Source: Terriglobia bacterium (GTDB lineage: Bacteria; Acidobacteriota; Terriglobia; 20CM-2-55-15). Taken from it: a stretch of 64,000 bases of DNA. Location of the stretch: positions 224,001 to 288,000 of the forward strand of contig CBDAOY010000004.1 in assembly GCA_965198225.1 (NCBI GenBank). The letters run 5' to 3'. The position numbers and the translations under genes are program-made. The notes beneath the pieces are model-generated. The model was given only the letters and a program-made list of their open reading frames with translations, was not told the DNA's origin and made no database searches. This document shows positions 50,706-60,256 of this stretch, piece by piece; position 1 is the stretch's first letter, and the number at the start of each line of letters is the position of its first letter.

Positions 50706-52418
50706 TCAGCCGTGCGCCTTGGCCGATCTTTCCACGTCGGACTGGCCTTTCAGGAAACCGAAATCACACCCTTCCTCGGCGCCGAGGACATGCTCGACGA
50801 ACATCTGCCCGTAGCCCCGTGCGTAGCGGGGCGGTCGCGGCTTCCAACGGGCAAGTCGGGCCTGGATTTCCCGGTCTTCGACGAGCAGTTCCAGCTTGCG
50901 GCCCGCGGTGTCCAGACGGATCCGGTCACCGTCACGGACCGCGGCCAGCGGTCCTCCCACCCCCGATTCAGGCGAGACATGCAGGACGACGGTGCCGTAG
51001 GATGTCCCGCTCATCCGGGCGTCGCTTATGCGAACCAGGTCGTTAACGCCCCTCTCGAGCAGCTTCGTCGGCAGCGGCAGGTTTCCCCATTCGGGCATTC
51101 CGGGCGCACCCTTTGGCCCTCCGTTTTTCATCACCATCACCGAGCTTTCGTCGATGTCGAGGTCGGGGTTGTCGACCCGGGCGTGCATGTCTTCGAAGTC
51201 CTCGAAGACGACGGCGACACCCTCGTGCTGGAGCAGATCCGCGGTTGCTGCCGCCTGTTTTAGGATGGCGCCTTTGGGGCAGAGGTTGCCGCGTAACACG
51301 ACCAGGCCCTGGGCGTCGCCCAGCGGCTGCGGTCGTGATGCGATGACGTCGCTGTTGATGGTCTTTGCATCGCTGATGTTCTCTCCGATACTTCTGCCGG
51401 AAACCGTGAGCGCATCCTGGTGGAGCAGGTCCCCCATCTCGCGCATGAGCGCCGGCAGTCCGCCAGCGTAAAAGAAGTCCTCCATCATGTAACGCCCCGC
51501 GGGCCGGAGGTTGACCATCCAGGGCGTCGTTTTCGAGAGCTCGTCGAACAGGGACAGGGGCAGGTCGACGCCGACGCGGCCGGCGATCGCGACGAGGTGG
51601 ATGACCGCGTTGGTCGAACCGCTCAGAGCGTGCAGGACGCGGATGGCATTCTCGAAAGCAATGCGTGTGAGGACATCGGAGGGCTTGATGTCATCGTCGA
51701 CGAGCTGAACTATCCGGCGACCGACAGCTTCCGCCATCTGGTTGCGACGGGAATCTGCGGCTGGGATTGCCGCGGCTCCAGGGAGGGTCATACCCAGCGC
51801 TTCAGTCATGCATGCCATCGTGGACGCCGTTCCCATCACCTGGCAGTGGCCCGAGCTTCGTCCCAGGCAACTTTCCACCTCAGCGACCTGTTCGTCGCTG
51901 AAGCGTCCGACCTTCATCTCGTCGTGGATGCGCCAGCAGTCCGATATCCCGACCTCCTTGCCGTTCCAGTGGCCGTTGAGCATCGGGCCGCCAGTCAGCA
52001 TCAACGCCGGGACGTTCGCGCTGGCGGCACCCATCAGGGCGGCCGGGACCGTCTTATCGCAGCCGCCGAGCATCACGACGCCGTCGATCGGGTAACCGCG
52101 GATGCTTTCTTCCACGTCCATCGCCATCAGGTTGCGATAGAGCATCGCCGTAGGTTTCATCAGCATCTCGCCCAGCGAGATCGTAGGGAACTCCATCGGA
52201 AAACCGCCGGCCTGCCACACTCCGCGCTTGACCGCTTCGGCCACGATCCGCAGGTGGGCGTTACAATTGTTGAGTTCGCTCCAACTGTTGGCGATGCCGA
52301 TGACCGGCCGACCCTGAAAGACCTCTTTGCTGAACCCTTCGCTCCGGATCCATGCTCGATGCATCAGCGCGTCGACGTCATTGCCCGAAAACCAGGTTTC
52401 GCTCCGGTAGCGTGCCAT
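50706..52418 (-). CDS. IlvD/Edd family dehydratase (sugar-acid type)
   Basis: ELNNCNAH, GGCDKT, CQVMGTASTM, GSTNA, ISDARMSGT. Confidence 0.94.
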   Translation of the reverse strand: MARYRSETWFSGNDVDALMHRAWIRSEGFSKEVFQGRPVIGIANSWSELNNCNAHLRIVAEAVKRGVWQAGGFPMEFPTISLGEMLMKPTAMLYRNLMAMDVEESIRGYPIDGVVMLGGCDKTVPAALMGAASANVPALMLTGGPMLNGHWNGKEVGISDCWRIHDEMKVGRFSDEQVAEVESCLGRSSGHCQVMGTASTMACMTEALGMTLPGAAAIPAADSRRNQMAEAVGRRIVQLVDDDIKPSDVLTRIAFENAIRVLHALSGSTNAVIHLVAIAGRVGVDLPLSLFDELSKTTPWMVNLRPAGRYMMEDFFYAGGLPALMREMGDLLHQDALTVSGRSIGENISDAKTINSDVIASRPQPLGDAQGLVVLRGNLCPKGAILKQAAATADLLQHEGVAVVFEDFEDMHARVDNPDLDIDESSVMVMKNGGPKGAPGMPEWGNLPLPTKLLERGVNDLVRISDARMSGTSYGTVVLHVSPESGVGGPLAAVRDGDRIRLDTAGRKLELLVEDREIQARLARWKPRPPRYARGYGQMFVEHVLGAEEGCDFGFLKGQSDVERSAKAHG

Positions 52419-52459
52419 TATCGACCTCCTTGATGAGTGGGCGTCATAATCGAAGACGG

Positions 52460-53272
52460 CTACCAGTATCGTTCGACGTGGATCTGCCCCGGCTCTTTCT
52501 TCGTGTGCTCCCTATAGCCCTCGGTTTCGAGTATCTCCACCATGTTCTCGATCATATCGGGGTTGCCGCATACAAAAATGTGCGTGTTGTCGGGGGTCGG
52601 TCCGAAGTTGCCGTTCCCCTCCAACGGCCGGCTCTTCCAGAGATCCTGGATGTAACCGGTCGCGCCGCCCCACGGGGCGGATTCCTCCCGGGGCCGGCTG
52701 ATCACAGACCGGTAGGCGAAGTTCGGGCACATCCGGTTCAGCGTCATCAGCTCGCTTCGGTAACCGAGATCCCAGGAATGGCGGGCGCCATGCAGCACCG
52801 CGAAGTGGCGTACGTCTCCGCATGTCAGCCTTGTTCGTAACATGCTTATGTAGGGAGCCAGCCCCGTCCCGGTGGAGATCAGAATGATGTGCCGGTCGGC
52901 GGGCACCTCCTCGAGCGTGAACATACCCGTAATCTTGGGCGCCAGCCACAGGCGCTCTCCAGGCGTCAGGGCGAACAGGCGCGGCGTCAAGGCTCCCGAC
53001 GGGACGAGGACGATGTAGAGCTCGAGGTACTCCTTTGAAACCGATGACGACGCGACCGAATACGCCCGCTTGATCAGTTTCTGATGATCGGGCGCCGCTT
53101 CTTCCGGATCACACACGTCGCAACGCTTTGCCAGCCCCGGCAGACCCAAAACGGCGAACTGCCCCGGCACGAAGTCCGGCAACTCCCATCCGTCCGGTAC
53201 GATCCGCAGAATCCGGAGCCCGGGTGAGACTTCGATGCTCTGGACAAGAATGGCGTTGGATTGATTCCCCAT
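52460..53272 (-). CDS. Ferredoxin-NADP reductase
   Basis: RAYSVAS, GALTPRL, TGTGLAPY, CGNPDM, terminal ERYW. Confidence 0.92.
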   Translation of the reverse strand: MGNQSNAILVQSIEVSPGLRILRIVPDGWELPDFVPGQFAVLGLPGLAKRCDVCDPEEAAPDHQKLIKRAYSVASSSVSKEYLELYIVLVPSGALTPRLFALTPGERLWLAPKITGMFTLEEVPADRHIILISTGTGLAPYISMLRTRLTCGDVRHFAVLHGARHSWDLGYRSELMTLNRMCPNFAYRSVISRPREESAPWGGATGYIQDLWKSRPLEGNGNFGPTPDNTHIFVCGNPDMIENMVEILETEGYREHTKKEPGQIHVERYW

Positions 53273-53344
53273 CTGCTTTGCAGCTCCTTCAGGAATTTGA
53301 AGAGCGGTAGGGCGGATTGTATCAGTTAGGGAGCGTGACGATGC

Positions 53345-53881
53345 TCAGGGCAGGATGGGGCGTTGGCGCTTGATCGTTACCGCCCGGAGGTCTTCGCCTT
53401 CGGGAACACCCGAGACGGTCACGCGGTCGCCCTTCTGGAGCTTGTCAGAACTTATCGGCTTTCCGTCCTGCGTGATGACGGTTTCCGACGTGATACGGAT
53501 CGTGGAGGTGATGTAGCGCGGAGCGCTTCCCGGTCGTGGCGCCTCGGGGATGGGCAGCCGGGGCGGATCAAAGGGGCCACGGACTTCGCGGCCTCCTCCG
53601 CTGCCACTGCCGACCCCAACTCCGACGTGAACCTCTCCGTTCCATCTGCCGCCTCCGCCTGCGCGTCTCGTGCGCGTGATCTCGTAGACCCGGCTCTTCA
53701 ACTCGAACGAGCGTGTCGCTTCGTCGACCTCGGTGATCTCACCGACGGTAACGACCTGCGCTTCGCTCACTCGACGCTGTTCCTCGGATTGGCTCGTCTG
53801 GGATCTCGCACCGCCCGGCACCGGCAGCAAGGCAACAGTCACCGCTGCCATTGCAGCCCAGGATAAGAGTCGGGGAATCAT
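53345..53881 (-). CDS. Secreted hypothetical protein, DUF5666/OB-fold-like
   Basis: Signal; GEITEVD...ITSETVI...LQKGDRVTVSG...AVTI. Confidence 0.7.
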   Translation of the reverse strand: MIPRLLSWAAMAAVTVALLPVPGGARSQTSQSEEQRRVSEAQVVTVGEITEVDEATRSFELKSRVYEITRTRRAGGGGRWNGEVHVGVGVGSGSGGGREVRGPFDPPRLPIPEAPRPGSAPRYITSTIRITSETVITQDGKPISSDKLQKGDRVTVSGVPEGEDLRAVTIKRQRPILP

Positions 53882-53987
53882 TACCTATGACAATATCAAG
53901 GGACAGGTTGGTTCACAACTCTCGTGCTGCCGTTTTCACGACCTCTTGCCATCCTTGTCCAAACCACCTTTCGAGCTGCCAGATCTC

Positions 53988-54159
53988 CTAGTGGCCTGTA
54001 ACAGCACTCTCTTCGAACCAATGAGAAATGCACTAATTTCCAATCTCCAACTTTCGGTGCGGATTTGTGCATTAACAAATCTGCGATTAGACGGAACTCT
54101 CTTTCTGTGCGATCGCAAATTGCGATATTTGAAAGAATCCACATTGCAGGTTGCTCATT
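53988..54159. repeat. MITE terminal repeat followed by AT-rich repeat modules
   Basis: CTAGTGGCCTGTAACAG at 53988; modules matching 38001-38046 and 37887-37930. Confidence 0.7.
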
Positions 54160-54197
54160 GCAGATTTGAGGTTTGAAATCCGTCGCGGTTTGGACCC

Positions 54198-55218
54198 CTA
54201 CTTGATTCCGATCACCATGGAATCGGGTCCTACCAGGTGTTCGACACGCGACTGTCTGAACCCACAATCGGCCATCCAGCCCCGGCAATCCGCACCGGTG
54301 TAGTCGAATCCTCCCGGAGTTTCGATCAGCATATTAAGGCTCATCAACAACCCGAAAGCGTTGCGCTCGCGTTCGTCGTCGATGACCGCGTCGAACGCGA
54401 TCAGCGCTCCGCCGTCCGGCAGCGCGTCATAGGCCTTGCGGAGCAGCATACGTTTTTCGTCGAGGTCCCAGTCGTGCAGGATGTGTCCCATGACCACCAC
54501 GTCCGCTTTCGGTAACGAATCGTTGAAGAAGTCTCCCCCTCGAAACCGCAGCCGCTCCTGGAGCCCGAACGATGCCACGTATTCCTCGAAGATCGGCTGC
54601 ACCGCCGGTAGATCGAATCCATGACCGGAGAGGTGCTCGTGCGCGAGGGCGATCTGTACCGGCAGCCCCCCCTGGGCGGGCCCGATGTCGACGAACGTCT
54701 TGTAATCGTCCCAGGGAAATTTCGTGGCGATGGCCTGGGCCGCGCCCAGGCTGAGACCGGTCATGGCCTCGAGGAAGCCTCGGAGCCGTTCCGGAGTGCC
54801 GTAGATCGCATCGAAGGGATTTCCGCCGGCTTTGCTCTCATTCTGCGGCTTGCCGGTCTGCAGCGCTTCGGTCAGACTTCCCCAGAACGGATACAATCGG
54901 GCGTTGGCCATTTCGAGAATCCCGCCGATGTAGGACGGCTTTGCCGGATCCAGGAACAGGTCCGATGCAGGGGTATTGGCGTAGTTCCCGCCGTCCCGCT
55001 GGAGCATTCCCAGAGCCACCAGTGCGTCCAGAAAATCCCGGCGGCTTCGAGAGTGTAACTCCAACTCGTCGGCCAGAGCCTCACCGGCTATCGGACCCGA
55101 CGCCAGCCGGGAAAACACCCCCAATTCAATCGCGCTCAGCGAGGGTCTTCGAGCCCCAGAACCCCAGACCCAGTTGCATGATTCCATCCGGCGTGACACT
55201 CGGTTCTGCTTGCGACAT
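54198..55218 (-). CDS. SAM-dependent O-methyltransferase (ASMT-like), apparent frameshift near 55141
   Basis: True N-terminus [26 protein letters not shown] in another frame; [20 protein letters not shown]. Confidence 0.88.
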
Positions 55219-55868
55219 GGCTAAAGTTTCTCCAATTTCATTCGACCTTGTTCATGTACAGTCCATGACCGCACGTTTCGACAGGATTTGTGCGCTCATA
55301 AACCGCCCCTCACCTTGTTGCTTGCTTCGATAAGCTGGCTCTTGAACCCGGTTTCCGCTTGATCGAGGGTGTTTCGCACCGCCTCCCAGTTTGCGCCGTC
55401 ATTGAATTCCGCGACATAACGGCACCCGGTGCTCGTAGAAACTACCTTGTGCAAGCCGTCATAGACGTGAGAGGTCGCGAGGCACTTGACCAATGCACTA
55501 ACCAGGCACCATTTGGCTGCTTCGGGATCCGTCGCACGGCAGATCCGGCCGTCCTCTGTCATAGCAGGAGGGCCTGCAATCCAGTTCTCTCCGCTCTCTC
55601 CGAGCCCTCAGTTTGCGGATCGTGTTCAAACTAGATTCTAACTCTAGCTGATAAGGTGCAGAGATCATTGCGCAAACGTTTCCTCACAGTGAAACTGTCC
55701 CGTCTACCGCGCGGCAGGATCCTCGCGGGTTCGAAAGGTGGCTCAAACCAACCTCCGCGAACCTGCTGAATTTAAGAAAGAAAGGGGTTGGAGTCAATAA
55801 GATGTGGCCGTTGGATCGAGACGATGACCGATGCGATCTGTTCGAGAAGGTCGGGACGCTTCACCGCG

Positions 55869-56336
55869 CTACGCGGTGCCGTCGCCAGCCGTCGCTTCCA
55901 TGAAATAGCGATGCTGGTCGTCGCCGGTCCGGACAAACCCGAGCCGTTCATAGAGCTTTGCTGCCCGGTTCGCCTTGAGGACGTTCAACCGCACCGGGAT
56001 CGCACGACGCTTCGCGAGGTCGAGGACCTCCCGGATCACGATCGTTCCGATCCCCTGGTTCCGGAGCTCGGGGGCCAAAGCGATGTTGTCCAGCAGGAGG
56101 AAAGTTTCGTGGTCGTGCAGGCTCAGACTGCCGATGTCCCGTCCTTCGTGCCTGATGATGCGCTGGTTTTCCGGGTTGAAGTGTTGCCTGAAATTCTCGA
56201 GTTGCCACGCCTCGTCCCAGGCTCGGGCATCGCGAACGTACGGCTTCAACGTGTCCCGGTGCAACCTGTACAGGAGATCGAAGTCCTCCTCGTTCGCATC
56301 CCGGAGGTCGAGATCGTCGATCGTCACCGGCGACAT
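55869..56336 (-). CDS. GNAT N-acetyltransferase
   Basis: LAPELRNQGIGT, NRAAKLYERLGF. Confidence 0.9.
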   Translation of the reverse strand: MSPVTIDDLDLRDANEEDFDLLYRLHRDTLKPYVRDARAWDEAWQLENFRQHFNPENQRIIRHEGRDIGSLSLHDHETFLLLDNIALAPELRNQGIGTIVIREVLDLAKRRAIPVRLNVLKANRAAKLYERLGFVRTGDDQHRYFMEATAGDGTA

Positions 56337-56448
56337 GTTAATGACACGAAGCGACCAGGTCAAACGCGAGGCGGGGCGATGGATGTTGACCCTCTGCATG
56401 GAGGGGTCAATAATCGCAGGCCATTGGCTGCTTGGAAAGTGTTCTGCG

Positions 56449-57384
56449 ATGGCAACCGCGTTCATATACGACGCTCAATTCCTCGATCACGAGACAGGGT
56501 TTCATCCCGAGACCCCGCGGCGTCTGGAAGTCATCCGACGCGCTCTCGAGGGTGACCGCGCGCTGTGGCGTCAGCTGGAGCATGTCGAGCCCCGTCCCGC
56601 TGCGGACGAAGACATAACGCGGTGCCACTCATCCGAACTGATCGACCTCATCCGCGCCGCATGCGAGCGTGGCGACAGCATGCTCGACATGGATACGATC
56701 ATCAGCCGCGATTCATTCGATGTCGCCCGCCTCGCAGCCGGAGCCGGAGTGACGGCCGTCGACCATGTTGTCGCCGGAGAGGTCGACACGGCGTTCGCCG
56801 CCGTTCGCCCGCCGGGACACCATGCCCGCCCGGACCGGGCAATGGGCTTTTGCCTGTTCAACAACGCGGCGATCGCCGCACGCTATGCTCAGGCGGTCCA
56901 CGACGTGGAACGGGTCCTGATCATCGACTGGGATGTCCACCACGGCAACGGGACCCAGGAGATTTTCTACAGCGACCCGAACGTTTTCTATTTTTCGACC
57001 CACCAGTATCCCTACTACCCCGGAACCGGAGCGCGAAGCGAAACCGGCGAGGGCGCTGGGGCCAACACCGCGCTGAACGTCCCGCTGCGGGCGCGCACGT
57101 CGGCCGCCACCCACCGGTCCGCGTTCAGCGATGCGCTTGGGGACATCGAAGCCCGGTTTCCGCCAGACTTGATCATCATTTCCGCGGGCTTCGACTCTCG
57201 CCGGGAAGACCCGCTCGGGGGCTTATTGCTCGACGATCCCGACTTCGTGGAGATGACGAAAGAGGCGATGGGCGTGGCGAGCCGGCACGGCGAAGGTCGC
57301 GTCGTATCTTTACTGGAAGGCGGCTACAATCTGGACAACCTGGGCCGGACGGTGCACGACCACATCGCGGCCCTGGCCGGGTAG
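56449..57384 (+). CDS. Histone deacetylase family protein
   Basis: HPETPRR, RPPGHHA, GFCLFNN, DWDVHHGNGTQ, SAGFD, LEGGY. Confidence 0.96.
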   Translation: MATAFIYDAQFLDHETGFHPETPRRLEVIRRALEGDRALWRQLEHVEPRPAADEDITRCHSSELIDLIRAACERGDSMLDMDTIISRDSFDVARLAAGAGVTAVDHVVAGEVDTAFAAVRPPGHHARPDRAMGFCLFNNAAIAARYAQAVHDVERVLIIDWDVHHGNGTQEIFYSDPNVFYFSTHQYPYYPGTGARSETGEGAGANTALNVPLRARTSAATHRSAFSDALGDIEARFPPDLIIISAGFDSRREDPLGGLLLDDPDFVEMTKEAMGVASRHGEGRVVSLLEGGYNLDNLGRTVHDHIAALAG

Positions 57385-57608
57385 GTGTAGGTGCGCTCTA
57401 TGAGCGTGACCATCTCATTTAGCGTCGGGCCCACCGTCCCGCACAGCTGTTTGGTTTGGCGAGGGCGTCTGCGGCCTATCTAAACCGGCTATTTCGGGAG
57501 CGCCAACGCCGGACGGTCCCCCCACGCCACTGTAGGTGCGGTCTATGACCGCACACTCTTCGAGTCGGAACGATGTGCGGTCATAGACGTCATAGACCGC
57601 ACCTACAC
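57385..57608. repeat. Composite REP element (REP, long insert, REPIN doublet)
   Basis: REP immediately after TAG; insert shared with 62230-62412; doublet 57531-57608 with 9-bp internal duplication. Confidence 0.85.
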
Positions 57609-57618
57609 CCATCTACTA

Positions 57619-58776
57619 CTATCCAATCATCACGGTTCTCGGGAACTGGGCGTGGTTCTCCAGTCCGGTCATCTTCTCGTCCAGGCTTTCGCGCTGGACA
57701 TTCCCGTTTTCGTCCGTCACCCGCGAAACCAGCGTGTGTTCGCCTGGTGTGGCGCCGTCCCACATGTAAGAGAACAGCTTCCAGGAGTACTTTGTGTTGG
57801 ACGACTCCATGGTGGCCGGCCGCCAGGCCCCATCATCGACCTTGACCTCGACCGACCGGAGCGGGGTCCCGTCGTTCAGGACGAAGCCGAGAACCTTGTG
57901 CCGGTCTCCTTCCCGCGTAACGCGGGCGATGACCGACTTCAACTGCAGCTTGCTGATGGCGGTTTCCTTGTACTTCACCTCCCCGTCGATCATTTCCGCC
58001 CTCAGAGTGCGATAATGGCGCGCCTGGAACTTGCCCAGGTACCGCTTCTCCTGGACATGGATGTGGGCCAGCCACTTGACGTTGGAGACGCCATACCACC
58101 CTGGCATGATCACGCGCAAAGGGAATCCCTGGTGTCGCGTCAGCGGCTCGCCGTTCAGAGCGTAGGCCAGGAGTGGCTCTCCGGTCATCGCGGTTTCGAT
58201 CGATATGCTGCGTCCGAATTCCTGCTCGACGTTGTAAGTCCGACCGCGGAACTCGACTTCCTCTTCGCCCTTATCGGCGCCGAAGAAGACCACCTCCCGG
58301 CCCGCGGGCTTCGCGCCGACTTCGTTGAGCAGCGTGCGCACCGGAACGCCCGTCCAACGCCCGTTCCCGACCAGGCCATGGATCCGGCGCGGGCTGTTGC
58401 CGGAGCACTCGAAACCGGCCGCCAGGTCCTCGCCGGCCATCCGACGCAGGTCGCCGATGGAGAGCTCCATCGGGCTATCGACCAGGCCGGTCACTTTCAG
58501 TCGAAAACTGGCGCCGTCGATTTCCGGTTGGCCATAGTGCTGCACGGCGAAGAATTGATCCCGGGGAGTAAACGGACCGTCGATCTTGCGGATGTCCAGG
58601 AAACGGACCTGCTCGCTCGGGTTCGTGTTGAAGTTCTCGGGAATGTCGGTAAACGGCACGAGCATCTCGCCCTGGGCCAGGGCGGGCAGAGCCCATTCCG
58701 GAACGCCCATTGCCGCCAGCCCCGCCGCCGCCAGACTTCCCCTGAGGATTTCTCGACGCGTGATTTCCTTCGCCAT
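57619..58776 (-). CDS. Sulfite oxidase-family molybdopterin oxidoreductase with Tat signal
   Basis: TRREILRG, FECSGN, WTGV, HQGFPLR..PGWYG...VKW. Confidence 0.92.
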   Translation of the reverse strand: MAKEITRREILRGSLAAAGLAAMGVPEWALPALAQGEMLVPFTDIPENFNTNPSEQVRFLDIRKIDGPFTPRDQFFAVQHYGQPEIDGASFRLKVTGLVDSPMELSIGDLRRMAGEDLAAGFECSGNSPRRIHGLVGNGRWTGVPVRTLLNEVGAKPAGREVVFFGADKGEEEVEFRGRTYNVEQEFGRSISIETAMTGEPLLAYALNGEPLTRHQGFPLRVIMPGWYGVSNVKWLAHIHVQEKRYLGKFQARHYRTLRAEMIDGEVKYKETAISKLQLKSVIARVTREGDRHKVLGFVLNDGTPLRSVEVKVDDGAWRPATMESSNTKYSWKLFSYMWDGATPGEHTLVSRVTDENGNVQRESLDEKMTGLENHAQFPRTVMIG

Positions 58777-58929
58777 GTCGGCCTCCTTTTTTTGAGACCC
58801 GATTTTTACCACGAGCTCCATCAATCGGGCTACCCTTTTAAGTTCAGCTATCGCCGGAACTTTGCTTCCCCACGGGCCGTTTCTACATAGTGCGGATCAG
58901 AGAAGCCGGTCCGAAAGGAGGACGAGAAC

Positions 58930-59733
58930 ATGGCAACGATGCACGAGGTGGACTTCAAGATCTTTGGTGACGACATGCAGTTCGTCGAGGTGGAATTGGA
59001 TCCTGGAGAGGCTACCGTCGCCGAGGCCGGCGGCATGATGTACATGGATGAACAGATAGAGATGGAGACTATTTTTGGCGATGGCTCCCAGCAGAACAGC
59101 GGCGTGATGGGAGCCTTGATGGGTGCCGGCAAACGGCTCCTGACAGGGGAATCGCTGTTCATGACCGTTTTCATCAACCAGGGCCAGGGAAGGCGGCGCG
59201 TGGCCTTCGGGGCTCCTTATCCCGGCAAGATCATTCCGGTCCATCTGAGCGAGATCGGTGGCCAGTTCATCGCCCAGAAGGACTCGTTCCTGGCCGCGGC
59301 GAAAGGGGTTTCGATCGGAATCGCGTTCCAGCGACGGCTCGGAGCCGGTCTGTTCGGCGGAGAAGGCTTCATCATGCAGCGCCTGGAGGGCGACGGCTGG
59401 GCCTTCATCCACGCGGGCGGAACCCTCTATGAGCGGCAGCTCGCGGCCGGAGAGAAACTGCGCGTCGACACCGGATGCATCGTTGGCTTCCAAGGTGGGA
59501 TCGACTACGACATCCAGTTCGTCGGCAAGATCAAGTCGGCGCTGTTCGGCGGCGAAGGCCTGTTTTTTGCCACGCTGACCGGTCCGGGTAAGGTGTGGCT
59601 CCAGTCGTTACCCTTGAGCCGCCTGGCGAACCGAATTGTGGCGGCGGTGCCGGCTATGGGCGGGAGGTCCAAGGGTGAAGGCTCTCTGCTGGGCGGGATC
59701 GGCCGTGTCCTGGATGGGGATAAACCGTTCTAA
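58930..59733 (+). CDS. TIGR00266/AIM24 family protein
   Basis: AEAGGMMYM, GESLFM, FGGEGFIMQRL, GPGKVWLQSLP. Confidence 0.94.
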   Translation: MATMHEVDFKIFGDDMQFVEVELDPGEATVAEAGGMMYMDEQIEMETIFGDGSQQNSGVMGALMGAGKRLLTGESLFMTVFINQGQGRRRVAFGAPYPGKIIPVHLSEIGGQFIAQKDSFLAAAKGVSIGIAFQRRLGAGLFGGEGFIMQRLEGDGWAFIHAGGTLYERQLAAGEKLRVDTGCIVGFQGGIDYDIQFVGKIKSALFGGEGLFFATLTGPGKVWLQSLPLSRLANRIVAAVPAMGGRSKGEGSLLGGIGRVLDGDKPF

Positions 59734-59773
59734 AGAAGTGACGAGTGGCAAGTGACGAGTGGGAGGGAAGTGA

Positions 59774-60139
59774 GTGCCTGAATTGATTGAGAAGCCGAGT
59801 GTGATCGAGTCGGCGGGAAACAAACCGAAGCGGATCGAGGAGTTTGCCGGGCGGGTGAATTCCCGCCACGAGGGAGTGAGCGTCGCGCGGATGGTTTCAC
59901 CCGAAGGGTGGCGGGAACCGGGGCAGAGGCCCGATTTCGAAGAGATCACGCTCGTACTGAAAGGGAGACTGCGCGTCGAGCACGAAGACGGCGTTCTAGA
60001 CGTGGGCGCAGGTCAGGCCGTCGTGGCGCGACGCGGAGAATGGATCCGTTACAGCAGCCCCGACCCGGGTGGAGCCGAATACGTGGCCGTCTGTCTTCCG
60101 GCCTTCTCGCCGGACACCGTTCACCGCGACGACGAGTGA
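59774..60139 (+). CDS. Cupin domain protein
   Basis: GNKPKRIEEF, WREPGQRPDFEE, YVAVCLPAFSP. Confidence 0.88.
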   Translation: MPELIEKPSVIESAGNKPKRIEEFAGRVNSRHEGVSVARMVSPEGWREPGQRPDFEEITLVLKGRLRVEHEDGVLDVGAGQAVVARRGEWIRYSSPDPGGAEYVAVCLPAFSPDTVHRDDE

Positions 60140-60150
60140 GGTGAAGGTCC

Positions 60151-60220
60151 GTGTAGGTGCGGTCTATGACCGCACATCCTGCCGTCCGAAACAATGTGCG
60201 GTCATAGACCGCACCTACAC
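60151..60220. repeat. Perfect REPIN-like doublet
   Basis: GTGTAGGTGCGGTCTATGACCGCAC, 20 bp, GTGCGGTCATAGACCGCACCTACAC. Confidence 0.92.
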
Positions 60221-60256
60221 TTCCATTTCGGGAAGACAAGCCTGGAACCGCTTCCG

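Noticed and set aside
55296-55562. 88-aa minus-strand ORF as a gene
   Set aside because: No RBS or recognisable motif; ends in a degenerate REP; possibly a remnant
55975-56448. Long N-terminal extension of the deacetylase
   Set aside because: Antisense to the GNAT gene; family similarity begins at ATG 56449
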